Source: Azolla caroliniana (lineage: Eukaryota > Plantae > Polypodiophyta). Taken from it: DNA of 64,000 nucleotides. The stretch is taken from assembly GCA_043228905.1 (NCBI GenBank), contig JBHGNT010000002.1, positions 3,100,001 to 3,164,000 of the forward strand, given 5' to 3'. This document shows, piece by piece, positions 24,612 through 36,299 of the stretch. The position numbers were made by a program, and so were the translations under genes. A model generated the notes under the pieces. It saw only the letters and a program-made list of their open reading frames with translations. It had not been told where the DNA came from and did not search any database. Each line of letters begins with the position of its first letter. The stretch's first letter is position 1.

Positions 24612-27600
24612 TAAACCTAACGGTATACCCTCCTAACTCAAAAATGGGCAACCCCTCGAAAAGGGGGCGCTCCCTCCCTTTTATAGAACAAGGAGAGGGA
24701 TGCATTACAATGTGGGATAAATCCCGACTTACATGGGATTCTCTATCCCGACTTAACTACTGTTCGGCTCCATAAAGGCGCCCTCGTTATTCACACTAAA
24801 TGTACAAGGCTGAGCGCACATGCTGCACCCCGCTGATGTAGCCAATATTTCCCGATTTCCGCCTCTGGCCGAAATTCTTCATGACATCCGCCCCCACCAA
24901 ACCGCACGTCCACCGCCACGTGCCAAATCCGGTGAAGGGTGAGAGATTTCAGCTAGTGAGAAACCGGTCTTCCGTGCTCCGTATCCCGGCTCGCTGCCGG
25001 TTTGAATTGTTGGCTCCGGTTCTTCCTTCGCACTTACCTCCCAGTAGGCTCGTTTGACCTGTTGATGGGTCCTTCGCTGCGATCTCCGTAGTACGCGTAC
25101 CTCCGTTGGCCCTTGTTTGGCTGTATGCATGCTCCGCTCTCCGCCGTATGCCCGATGTCCTCTGCTTGGGGAACGCCCGTAGTGGCCGGCTTGGCCCTTC
25201 CCGTTTTGCGCTGCTGCAACAGGTCCTGAGTCTTCCGCTTGCCGTGTTAGTCTTCACTACTCTAACTGAGCTGCCGAGATCTACGTAGCGATTGTGGAGG
25301 ATCCTCCTCCGGACTCCCTTGTCATCCCCTGACTCCGACCCTGTGCAATCCCCTATGCACCTGTCACCTCATTCCCGGCACCTCTCTTGAGCCGTCTTCC
25401 GCTTCCTTTGTTCGGCACTGCCTGTGCCAAACACCACCCGTAGTCACGCTTCGATCCGGCCCGCGATGGCCACTTGCGAGACTCTTGTTCTGTCTCGGGT
25501 GTGCCTTTCCGGCCCGACACACCTCCCCGTGTTTGTCCCTATCGGCTCCTTCCGAAACCGTAACCGGCCGGTGAGGGTTTCGCACTCCATCCGCCCCTGT
25601 CTTACCGACTCCCGATCCACTATCTCGTGTCGCCGAGTCCTGCTCCCTGCCGCCACCGTCCATCTCCCTAGGTCTCACGTTGCCATGTTGGCTGAACTAC
25701 TGGAGTCTCCGGATCGGTGTGAGGGTCCCATAGGACTGGACTCCGTTTCTCTGTTTGCCGAAATTCGGGGTGTCTTTTGTCGGAGTCCTTTGCGACTCTC
25801 CTCATGTCTTTTGCGTAGCGGGGTCCCGCCTTCGTGTTGTCGGGTGTCGTTTCCCGCCGTCACCAACCTTCTCTCTCAGTCTCATGTTGCCACGTTGGCC
25901 GTACTGCCGGAGTCTCCGATTCAGTGTGGGGATCTCGTAGGACCGGACTTCCTTATGCCCACAGACCTTGCCGGAAAGTCCAAATTCGGTTCGTAGCCGC
26001 CTCACCGGCCTGATACCTTCCTTCTTTGCTTTTGTTGTGCGATCACATTCACTTGGTGCCACCGTCCTCTCCTATAGGACTCACGTCGGCACTCGGGCCA
26101 ACAGCCGGATTGGTGTGAGGATCTTCGTGGGACCTCAGTTTGCTCGCCTTGCCGCCGCCACCGCCCGTCGCTCTAGGTCTCACGCCGGCACTCGGGCCAA
26201 CTGCCGGAGCCTTTAGGGCTGGTGTGTGTAAGGTCGCGGCACCGCCGCTTGTCTCCTCCGTCCTCCGCATCAGCCTCTTTAGCTGGTCGCGTTCACCTGC
26301 CGGCACCGTCCTTTCCTATAGGACCAACGCCGGCACTTGGGCCGACAGCCGGATCGGTGTGAGGATCTTCGCAAACCGCCCATCCATAGTTCTTTGCCTT
26401 CATCCCCTCGCCGCCACCGATCATCAGTCGAGACCTCACGCCGGCTCTCGGGCCAACCGCCGGAGTCTCTAGAACCGGTGTGAAGGATCCTCCTCGGACT
26501 CGTTGTATCTCTGACCCTTATCCTGGGTCTTCCTTCTTTCGCAAGCCGAGAGGGTGGCTCGCTCTACACCCTCTCCCGCGGTACTGATGTACCGTGTCCC
26601 CGGCCTCTTCGTAGGCCTCCTCTTCCTCCCTCCCTGCTCTCGTCCGTCATTCTCTGGATTGTCGGGTCCCGTTCTCCTATCGCCACCGATCTCTCCTATA
26701 GAACTCACACCGGCACTCGGGCCGACAACCGGATCGGTTTGAGGATCTCCGTAGGACCGGTCTTTGTTCTCCCAAACTCGTCGTTGCTCTCCTTCTCACG
26801 TACCCGCCTCCATCTCCCATCTCTCTAGGTCTCATGCCGTCCCGTAATGATTTGCGGACGCTCATTCGAGGTACCGCTCCCAAGCACGTTCGGTGAGAAG
26901 CGTCTGGACTTCGATCGATCAAGTTCCGCCTGCACTTGATTCTCCAATGTCCGGAGTTTCGGGCTGCGGTGTCCGAAACCTACTGGTCTCTCTCCGCAAC
27001 TTCGATTGCTAGCTTCCCGATTTTCGGCCTTGACCTGGCCGGCTTGTGTCCTCATGTAAAAGAGGGCGATTTGTTTCGCACCCTCTTTTGCGCCGGCACT
27101 ATCGTACGGAACCGAGCCCTACCGATCAGGCTCTATAGCCCGTCCCTGGTCTTTCGCACCTTGGGCCGACTTCGGTCAAGTCATCCACATCCGGATCACG
27201 CTCCATCCGAATCGGAATGCCGATCTTTCCATGCCGCCTCCGTCCTCGGCCTCCTCGTAGGCCGTTTCCCATCCCTCTTCGCTGGCATCGTGCCAAGACT
27301 CCTCAATACCGTCATCCATGTCCTCGGTCTCACATGGGCGTAAGGGCCCGAATGCCGAGTTCCCCAGAATCGGGACCAAGGGCTTTCGTCCACTCCATCC
27401 CTGTATTGTCTCGTCGGTGATTCTCGGTCTCTCGCCACCGCCTTCCTCCTCTTGTGACTCACGTGGGCACTCGGGCCCGACTGCCATCATCTCGGGAGCA
27501 AGTGTGGGAAGACACAAGGAATCGCCCGTCTGTTTTTCGCCCTTGTCTGTAGCCACCGCCTCTTCGTGGTCGGCGGTCGTCTCCTTACCGATCGTGCAAG

Positions 27601-29001
27601 CCCCGCCTGGGCTTGCTTCTCCTATGTTTGGAGTTTCGGGCTGATGCGTCCGAAACCGTCGGTCCCAACGTTCCGATTCTGCGATCGGTATCTCGGCCTC
27701 ATCCTCGGCCGTTCTATCTCCGCAAGTCGAGAGGGCATTTTGTTCCGTACCCTCTCCCGTGGTACCGTGGTACCGGTCTTCCACCATCTCGTGGGGCAAG
27801 TTCGGCTCCTCGGCGTCGGCTTGTGGCCTTGATTTTTCCTCTTCCTCGAGCATCGCCTCGAGAGCTGTGTATGCCTCCGTAATCTTGGCCCCAACGCCGA
27901 CCCTTGTCGACTCTCTTTGCCGTTCGGCCTCTTCTCGCTGGGATGGCATGCCGTCGCGCGCCTTCCTCTTAGCCTTCTCAGCTCGCTCATCGTCTAGCCG
28001 TTGGCACACCCTTCCGACCTTCGACCAGGCCTCCGTAAGCCCATTCGCTCCGTCATTGTCTTCGAGCTCCATCCCGATGGCCTCTCGTTCCGCTCGGTCG
28101 ATCGACTTAACGAACAACAGGACTTGGTCCACCCCCACCTAACCTTGTTCCTGCTCCGGGAGCCGAGCAAGCCGCAACTCGTACTCTCGGAACGCCTTCA
28201 TTGCGCCCCGGTGGGTCTTCGCCGATGCAACCCACTAGTCAAAGTCGCATCGTCCCCGGCTCTTCCGACGTCCTCCATATGCCTGCAGGAGCGCCTCTTG
28301 GAAGGCCTCGCACGAACTATGAGCTTCTCGGAGCTTCTTCACTTCCGCGTGCATACAGACGACAACGACCCGACAGAAGAATTCAAGCCTCAACGCCTCA
28401 TCTACGTCTCGCTCCTCCATTTCTGCATTGTAGGCTTCCAAGTAAGATGGGACTTTGTCCCCGTTAAGACGGACGACTCTTTCGACCATTCGCTCAACCG
28501 CTTGCGAGACGTCTCTCGTCTTGCTGTTGCTCATCCAAACTCCCTCACCGCTTCGACAAAAAGTTCCGCGAAGTCGTCTTCTTCCAGCTCCATTCTCCCT
28601 TGCCCCCCTTCACGTCGGGTTTACCAAATATGTCGCGTTGTTACGCGCGTGCGTGGAAAAGGGCGGGACTACAGGGGTCTCGGACTAGGAAAAAAAAGGG
28701 GTGCCGAGAAACCGACTCCGGACGTGTTCCGGAGGCAACCGAACGTGAGACAGAGAGAGACAAAGGAGAGGGAGAGCGTGCACGCAACATCGACTCTTAT
28801 GCACAGGAAGCAAGGGATTGTGCTTCCGACACCACCAAATACACCGATATGCACAGACAGACGCAAATATGTATAATGCAAGGGAAAAGAACACATCCCC
28901 GGCTTCGAGCCGGACCAAGGGAAAAAGAACACAGTCGTTTGCTGCCGCGCCGAGCGGGGTCTTGCACAGGAGGCCGAGCGGAAGCAAACCTTAAGCAAAC
29001 A

Positions 29002-29052
29002 CGAAGAAGAAGAAGAAGAAGAAGAAGAAGAAGAAGAAGAAGAAGAAGAAGA
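29002..29052 (+). repeat. (GAA)n microsatellite expansion in the A5 5' LTR
   Basis: About 17 units, versus about 6 in the sister LTR at 24123-24140. Confidence 0.9.
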
Positions 29053-31495
29053 AAAGAAAGATAAACGAAATACTAAACCTGACGGTATACCCTCCTAAAT
29101 AAAAAATGGGCAACCCCTCAAAAAGGGGGTGCTCCCTCCCTTTTATAGAACAAGGAGAGGGATGCGTTACAATTTGGGATAAATCCCGACTTACATGGGA
29201 TTCTCTATCCCGACTTAACGACTATTCGGCGCCATAAAGGCGCCCTCGTTATTCACACTAAATGTACAAGGGTGAGCGCACATGCTGCACCCCGCCAATG
29301 TAGCCAATATTTCTCGGTTTCCGCCTCTGGCCGAAATTCTTCACGACAACGGACAAGGGCATAAATAGGATGGGTGATTCTACGTGTCTTCCCACACTTG
29401 CTCCCGAGACGATGGTTGTTGGGCCCAAGTGCCCATGTGAGTCCCAAGAGGAGGAAGGCGGCGGCGTGAGATCGAGAATCACCGACGAGACCATATGGGG
29501 AAGGAAGGGACAAGAGCCCTCGGAATCGATTCCGGAGAACTCGGCATTCGGGCCCTTACGCCCACGTGAGACCGAAGAGATGAATGACAGTATTGAGGAG
29601 TCTTGGCACGATGCCAAGGAGGATGGATGGGAAATGGTCTGCGAGAAGGTCGAAGAAGGAACCAAGAAACGACCCGACCGGGGACCGAACAACGCGGCAC
29701 TCCAAATCGGGTGGAGCGCGATCCGGGCATGGATTGTTTGACCGGGGCCAGAATCAGCAGGAAGGTGCCGATACGGGAGAGGGTGCAGAACGAGCCAACC
29801 CCCTTACATGGGGAGAAAGACCGACCAGGCAAAGGTTGGGAATTGAAAGGGAGGTGATCAAGGGTACAGATCGTGTTCGGCAGGTTCGGCATCGGAGCCG
29901 AAACTGTGGACATTGGAGAATCAAGCCCAGGCGAGGCTTGATTGATCAAAGAGCGGATGCTATCCACCGACACTACTAAAAGGGTCAGTGGCCTAGGACG
30001 AGTTGCCAAAAGTCGTTACGAATTCGGTATCCCCACCTCTTGACCGGAGACTTTGGTAGTTTGGCCGGCGTGGCAATGTGAGACTGAAAGAGAAGGGAGA
30101 TGGTGGGGAAGCGCAAGGAAGGGGATCGACGACGGCGGGGGAAAAACGAAAGAGGCGGTTGACTGAAGTATGGGTCTTCCACACTCATTCGTGAGACTTG
30201 GCCGGTTGCATCTGAGAACCAACGGGAGACCTAAGAGATGGAAAGTGGCGGCGAGGACACGGAGGTCACAGTCAATACAACCGATCCAGAAGCGAAGAAC
30301 AAAGATTGGTCCTATGGGTCACCTCACGCCAGGCTAGAGACTTCGGTGGTCGGCATTGGATCTGATGTAAGACCAAGATACTGACGGTGGCGGCAGGAGA
30401 ACGGGACCCGACAATGCGTAGTGACGGTTGGACCCGGACGAGAACCGGGCGGTGCAGACTTCCAAATAACCGATCCGGAAGGGAGGAAGAGGCAGGCCTA
30501 TAAAAAATTTGGGAACACGAAACAACGGTACCACGAGAGTGGGTGTGGAGCAAGCCACCCTCTCGACATGTGGAGAAGGACGACCCGAGAAAGGGTCAGG
30601 AATACGGCGAGCCCAAGGAGGATCATTTAGACCGGTTCTAAGACTTCAGCAGTCGGCAGCGGAGCCGACGTAAGACCAAGAGACTGACGATGGCAGCAGG
30701 TGAACGTGACCAGTAGAAGAGGCCGACATGGAGGTCGAGAAAACTGCAAGCGGTGCTGTCGCGACCTTACGCACACCGTTTCTAGTTGCTCCGGCGGTCG
30801 GCCCGAGAGCCGGAGGAAGACCTAGAGTGAAGAACGGTGGCGGTGGCAAGGCGGGCAACCGAGAAGGCGAGAAAAGAGAAAGGAAGACCGGTCCTATGGG
30901 ATCCTCACACCAATCCAAAGACACCAACAGCTCAAGCCGACGTGGTACCGTGAGACCAAGTGAGAAGGATGGCGGCGGTAGGAGATAGGAACCGGCGATG
31001 CAGGAAGAGCGCATCGGGAGCCGGCAAGACCGGAGTTGACGGGGGCCGAACCCTTACCGGTTGGTTATGGTTTCAGAAGGAAACCAGTGAGGGGTAAGCA
31101 CGGAGCGGAACAAGAGACGTGTGAGTGGCTATTAAGGGCCAAAGCAAGCACGAGTACGAGACGACGTTCGGTACAGGCGGTGCCGAACAAGGGAGGCGGA
31201 AGACGCCACACGGCACGACGACCATAGAAGGAACAAGGAGCGCGTATTGGGGTCACCTGAGGACCGAAGAACGAACGCGCATTCAGGGAACGATAACGGA
31301 ACATGGGAAAAACCAACAGAGGGACATGTGCGGCATGCAAGGCGTGGAATCCAGCGGACAAAGTCGGAGTGATCGGATCGGCAACGGGGTCCGGGGGGAC
31401 CAATCGGGGAGGAAGGGGCAAATGTCGGATATGGTGAATGAGATGGAGCCGATGGTTCGGGGACATACAATGGATTGGGAGGCTACGACGGTTTG

Positions 31496-32292
31496 TGTGG
31501 AAGGGACGGGCATGCTCGAGGTGGAAGACGAAGTCGAGCAAGGTCAATAAGGATGGCTGCGGAGGCGAGTTCCTGGAAGGAGGTGTTGGGAGATAGGTCC
31601 CTCCGAATGGGAAGGGAGAAGAACAGTGCCGATGAACAAACTCGGCCGAGGCCGATAGGCCGGTGTGAATCGGATGAGGAGTACCCGACTACGGAGAGCT
31701 GGATGGTGCAGGCCCGGTGTGAACCGGATGAGGAGTACCCGGCTACAGAGAGTCGGATGGTGCAGGCCCGGTGTGAACCGGATGAGGAGTACCTGGCTAC
31801 GGAGAGCCGGATGGTGCAGGCCCGGTGTGAACCGAATGAGGAGTACCCGGCTATGGAGAGCCGGATGGTGCAGAACCGGTGAGAACTGGAGGAAGAGACA
31901 TATTCGTAAATATGTTTCTGAGAGCCCATCGATGCTAGATTTGTAAATAGCCGAAAAGTCATATTAGTATAAATATGACTTAGGGCAAACTTTTAGTTGG
32001 TTGTCATTTTCTGTTTTGCACGAGATTAGTGTGCGTAACTGTACAGAGAGAGAGAGAGAGAAAGAGGTCGTTGCCTCCGTTGTAACCGCCGCCTGTGGCA
32101 AAGATTTGTGAGCACGAGGTCGGTGCCTCAGTGAACTCACTGTTGTATATTCCTACATAGTGACAGTTTGCAGCCTGTGGGCTGCCGTGGTTTTTCCCCT
32201 AGTTTGGGGTTTTCCACGTAAACCTCTTGTGTATTCTCTCCTTCTTTGTGTCGCGTTTTATTTCCCGTTTTCTGTGTATCATTCTAAGCTCA
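31496..32292 (+). mobile_element. Probable solo LTR (Tnt1/Tork-like copia) inside A4; boundaries approximate
   Basis: Shares TATAAATATGACTTAGGGCAAAC and GTGGTTTTTCCC..GGTTTTCCACGT with the copia LTRs at 46507/51226. TSD is imperfect (TTTG/GTTG). Confidence 0.65.
31658..31882 (+). repeat. 54-bp tandem repeat, ~4 copies, in the U3 of the solo LTR
   Basis: GGCCCGGTGTGAACCGGATGAGGAGTACCCGGCTACGGAGAGCCGGATGGTGCA repeated (18-aa period in the ORF track). Confidence 0.92.
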
Positions 32293-34194
32293 GTTGTGGC
32301 CGAGCGTTGTGCATAAGGAACGTTGGGTTCCCGTTAGGAGGACAGGCGCGGTTCGGAAGTCGACGAATTAGAGCCGGTAAGGAGCCAGCGAGACGCTCGA
32401 GTGCTTGATCACCATCGCTGAAATCTCTTACCCTTTTCCTTTCTTGGCACATCCCGGTGGATGTGCGGTTTGGTGGGGGTGGATGTCGTGAAGATTTCTG
32501 GCTATAGTGTGAAACCGGGGTGGAGTAGGGCAAGTCGGTGGTGTGCAACATGTGCGCATGTATATAGGAAACATTGTATAGAATAAAGGGGAGTATTTGT
32601 CCCACATTGTAATGCCCTCCCCTCCTTGTTCTATAAAAGGAGGGAGGGGTCCCTTGTAAAGAGGTTGCCCATTTTGAGTTAGGAAGGGTATACCGTTAGA
32701 TTTAGGGTTAGGCAAGTTCCCTTATTCTTACTTCGTTCTAGGGTTTCATTTAGGTAGTTTCTTTCCTTCTTCGTCGTCGTCGTGTGGGTGGAGAGTTCGT
32801 GTCTGTTTAGGGTTTGCTTCTACTCGGTCTCCTATGCAAGACCCCGCTTCGCGCGACGAGCCCAAGAGCTCCCCGATCGGTGGCTTGGCAACAAACTACT
32901 GTTGTAACCTACCCTACCTTGGTCCGGTTCAAAGCCGGGGTTGTATCTTTCCCCTTGTAATATATATACTCATATCCGTTTGTGCATATTGGTGTATTTG
33001 GTGGTGTCAGGAGCATAGCCCCTTGTTTCCTGTGCATAAGAGTCGGTGTCGCACGCATGCTCTCTCTCTCTCTCATGTTCGATTGCCTCCGGGACATGTC
33101 GGGAGTCGGCTTCTCGGCATCCCTTCCTCCTTCGTCTGAGACTCCCGTGGTCCCGCCCCTTCCACACGCACGCGCGTAATAACGTGACAACGTGCTATAG
33201 ACACGTCCCTTGATTCATCTCCCTTTTGTATGCATCAAGGAACTTTGTAATGTTCCTTCCGTCAAATTGACAATTGAGCTCAACGACATGGTCGACAACC
33301 TTCTCCATGCTCGCATCGTTGTCTCAAGATCTCATCATTTGTTCAATGATCCGCATCATCCTTTCGAACTCTCCCGCTTGGTTGCTTGAGGACGCCATCT
33401 CCAAATATCGGTTCACCACTTAATTATGTCGTGAAGATCGGTCATTATGTGCGGATCGTGAGGTGGAACCGCCAGGGTTCTAAACCGGAAGGACTCGAAG
33501 TATGCACTAGCTTTAGCGAGAAAGGAATTAAGATAGATTGAGATAAGATAGAATGCTTGACTTTAGATGGAGAGAGATTAAGATTGAACTCTTGACTTTA
33601 GATTTGAAGAACAAGATTGATACATCAATTGGATAACGAATTTTTTACTTTTAATTTCTCGTTTAATACCTCGCTCCCTTTTACATTCTAATTTTTTTAC
33701 CTTTCAATTTTACATTCCTTTCCTACCATCTGTCTCTTGGGTCCCACGTTGGTTCTCAACGCAACTGCCCAAGTCTCTAGATGGAGTGTCCTACATGGGT
33801 ATCACCATCGTCCATCTCTTGGGTCTCACGTTGGCTTTCTACAACTGCCCAAGTCTCCGGAACATGTGTGCTCCTCACATAGACACAAAGGTAATAGCTT
33901 TTGCTTTGCCTTATATATGGTGAGATCCTTATTTGTCTTGTCTATGTGGGATATCTCACAGTTTTATCTTTCTCTTTTCCTTTGCAAACTTCCTACCCAC
34001 ATAACTTGAGACTTAGATGTCCATTTCTTACGTAGTAAAGGGCATTCGAAAGCTCTTGAAGACCTATATCTTTTTGTATTAAGATATTAAACTTATTTAC
34101 AATAGTATTTTCACTATTATTGTTTTATATGATTCATACTCGATTTCGTATGTTTTATGCGATTTTCACACCATTGCCCAAAATCTTCACGACA

Positions 34195-35700
34195 ACGTAA
34201 GCGTTGTTGACTGAATCGTTAGCAAACGATTTTCTCCGAGCTGCCTCAGTTAGAATTGCACTTGTGATTGAGTACTTAACAGAAGCTGTCAACGCATTGC
34301 ATATGGTTGTAATGAAAGGTTCCCACGAGGAAGGGAGACTACTCAGGAGCAGCATTGCTTTTAGTTCATCCTCGATAATTGTCCCCTAGGCAGAGATTTG
34401 GGAGCTTAAGCTTTCGTACTCGTTCAGGTGTACGTGGACCGAGTCGGATTCTTTCATCCGAAGGTTATAAAGGCACCGAATAAGATATATCTTGGTGGCG
34501 GGGACCTTTTCGTAAGTGTCCGAAAGTGTCTTCCATAGTTGGAAGGCAATCGAACATGATTGCACCGTGAAGTACACAGAATCTGATAGGTGCATCCGAA
34601 TGGTGGCTCGAACGATTCTGTCGAGCTTTTCCCATTCAAGTGACTTGTATCCTTCTGGAGGGTTTTCATTCTCAATGGGGTCAATTTGCCCCTTGACTAT
34701 TAGGTAGTCTTGCATCTGCTCCTTCCAAAAGTTGAAGTTCGATCCGTCGAACTTTTGTAGACTCATCTCTAACGTGCCGGATGTTGAAGCCATCTATGTT
34801 GGTATAATAGACTTTGTCCAGAGTTACCTACGAACTGTGGTGGAGTGCAACAGCCGGGCTCACTCGATGTCGTTATAGCTGAAGTTGAACACAAGTCGTG
34901 TCAATTACGAATATCATTTTATTTTATTTTTTGAGATTTTCAGACACGGATTATGTGCAGTAATCCAGGCCGATCCTGTTTCGGTTAATTGCAACGACGG
35001 GAGGGACAAATCCGATTGGTCCTCCCGAATGTCGTTCAGTCGAATGAAACACAGATTGGGGTTGCCCTTGGGGTTGTGTTTGCTTCAGGTGACTACGACG
35101 AGTAGGAGAAAAGTGTCAGATGACCTATTCGATTTCCGCCTAGTCGAGTGAAGCAACGATTTGGCCTAGTCAAGATAGAAGTCTCACTTCGAGCGGCTAC
35201 GATCACATAGCCAAGAGTGACCTATAACAATAGAGTGCAGAATTCGTCACGTTTCTCTTTGCGTAAACAATCTTGTTGTAGGTTGCCTGTCGAGATCAGC
35301 TAAGATCTTCAAGATACACAAAGGAGAGTTGTCAATGGAGACTACATAGAAGGCAACAACATAATCAAACAGAAGACCAGGCTCTGATACCAAATGTTGG
35401 GAACACCGTCTTCTAATGCGGAACAAGATCGACAGTCTTCGAGGATAAGATCGTAAGTGGATGCAAGATCATAGCTTTGATGGCAGCAAAGACAAAAAAG
35501 TAAAAACAACTCGTATGCAAGAGAGAGAGTCAGAGTCAGGTAGGCACGATGTCAATGAAGTTTATTAGAACTCTTTACAAAATGAGCAACCAACCCCGTA
35601 ACTGGGTTACAAAGTCAGTTTATATACTGACTAACTTAGGGCAACTACCCTTCTCACTATTTACATAAATAGCTTAAGTCTAGTGTATTCAAAAGGAGAC
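34195..35700 (-). mobile_element. 5' part of a Ty1/copia: LTR from 35395 (outer end uncertain), tRNA-iMet PBS 35381-35392, gag 34793-34195 interrupted by C1
   Basis: TGGTATCAGAGC; KFDGSNFNFWKEQMQDYL; LLLSSLPSSWEPF. Confidence 0.85.
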
Positions 35701-36299
35701 AATGTGAATACGTCCATTAGAAACCTGTATTCAATAGGGGGTTCAAATGTGAGGGAGAGAAGGAGAGAGACACACAGAGAATGAGAGTGAGAAAGAAAGA
35801 AAGATATATTAACGTCTTCTAAGGCCAAAATTGGCCCATGAGACACATGGTTTACAAAAAAATGGAATATTTACCCATTCATCGAAAGTAAAAATAAAAA
35901 TAAGATAAAAATAGAGTTTAAGCTAAATAGTTCTAAGAAAATAACAAAACTGTTCTATATAAAAAACATGTTCTACAATGAAAATGATGTTAAACTAGGC
36001 CTAATTTCATTTCCATCCAAGTCTCTCGAAGAGAAGCGGGAGGTCAAAGGGTTGTGATGTGGATGTGGCTCGTGGTCCCAATGTAAAAGATACCGCAACC
36101 ATAGCTTCTAGTTGACGTAGCTCACGTTCCTTTATCTTCTTAATCTTTTCTACTCCACGTCGACTTGTTTTGAAGCCCAACATCTGAGGGCGTTTGGTTG
36201 TTCTTTGCATTTTTGTTTCCTGAAGGGAGAGGCCGAGCGGCGTAAGTGTATCCACATTCATCGTCTCCCCTTGTTCCTAAAAATTTACACTAGTTACAT

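Larger units (their letters stand above)
23721..29348 (-). mobile_element. Complete gag-only LTR element A5: 3' LTR 23721-24886 (contains a solo LTR), array, gag ~28590-27176, PBS 28610-28626, 5' LTR 28631-29348, TSD ACGG
   Basis: ACGG at 23717-23720 and 29349-29352. Removing the element restores A4 gag GTGGCTACGGACAAGGGC. Confidence 0.93.
21963..33189 (+). mobile_element. Complete gag-only LTR element A4: 5' LTR 21963-22673, PBS 22678-22694, gag from ~22710 (split by A5), array, PPT 32471-32483, 3' LTR 32484-33189, TSD ACGT
   Basis: Paired LTRs. ACGT at 21959-21962 and 33190-33193. TGGTAAACCCGACGTGA; TGGTGGGGGTGGA. Confidence 0.93.
18471..34194 (-). mobile_element. 3'-truncated autonomous Ty3/gypsy C1: 5' LTR 33427-34194, Trp-like PBS 33410-33418, gag from 33398 (split by A4), protease, RT
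   Basis: LTR with perfect 12-bp IR TGTCGTGAAGAT..ATCTTCACGACA. gag is continuous across the ACGT TSD of A4. Confidence 0.88.

Noticed and set aside
25640-26840. CRISPR-like repeat-spacer appearance
   Set aside because: Repeats are long and degenerate, spacers are shared between element copies, there are no cas genes, and the context is a eukaryotic retroelement.
28610-28626. tRNA-Trp gene
   Set aside because: Only 17 nt matching the tRNA 3' end next to an LTR, so it is a PBS.
31475-31962. Repeat-protein ORFs on both strands
   Set aside because: Artefact of a 54-bp LTR tandem repeat.
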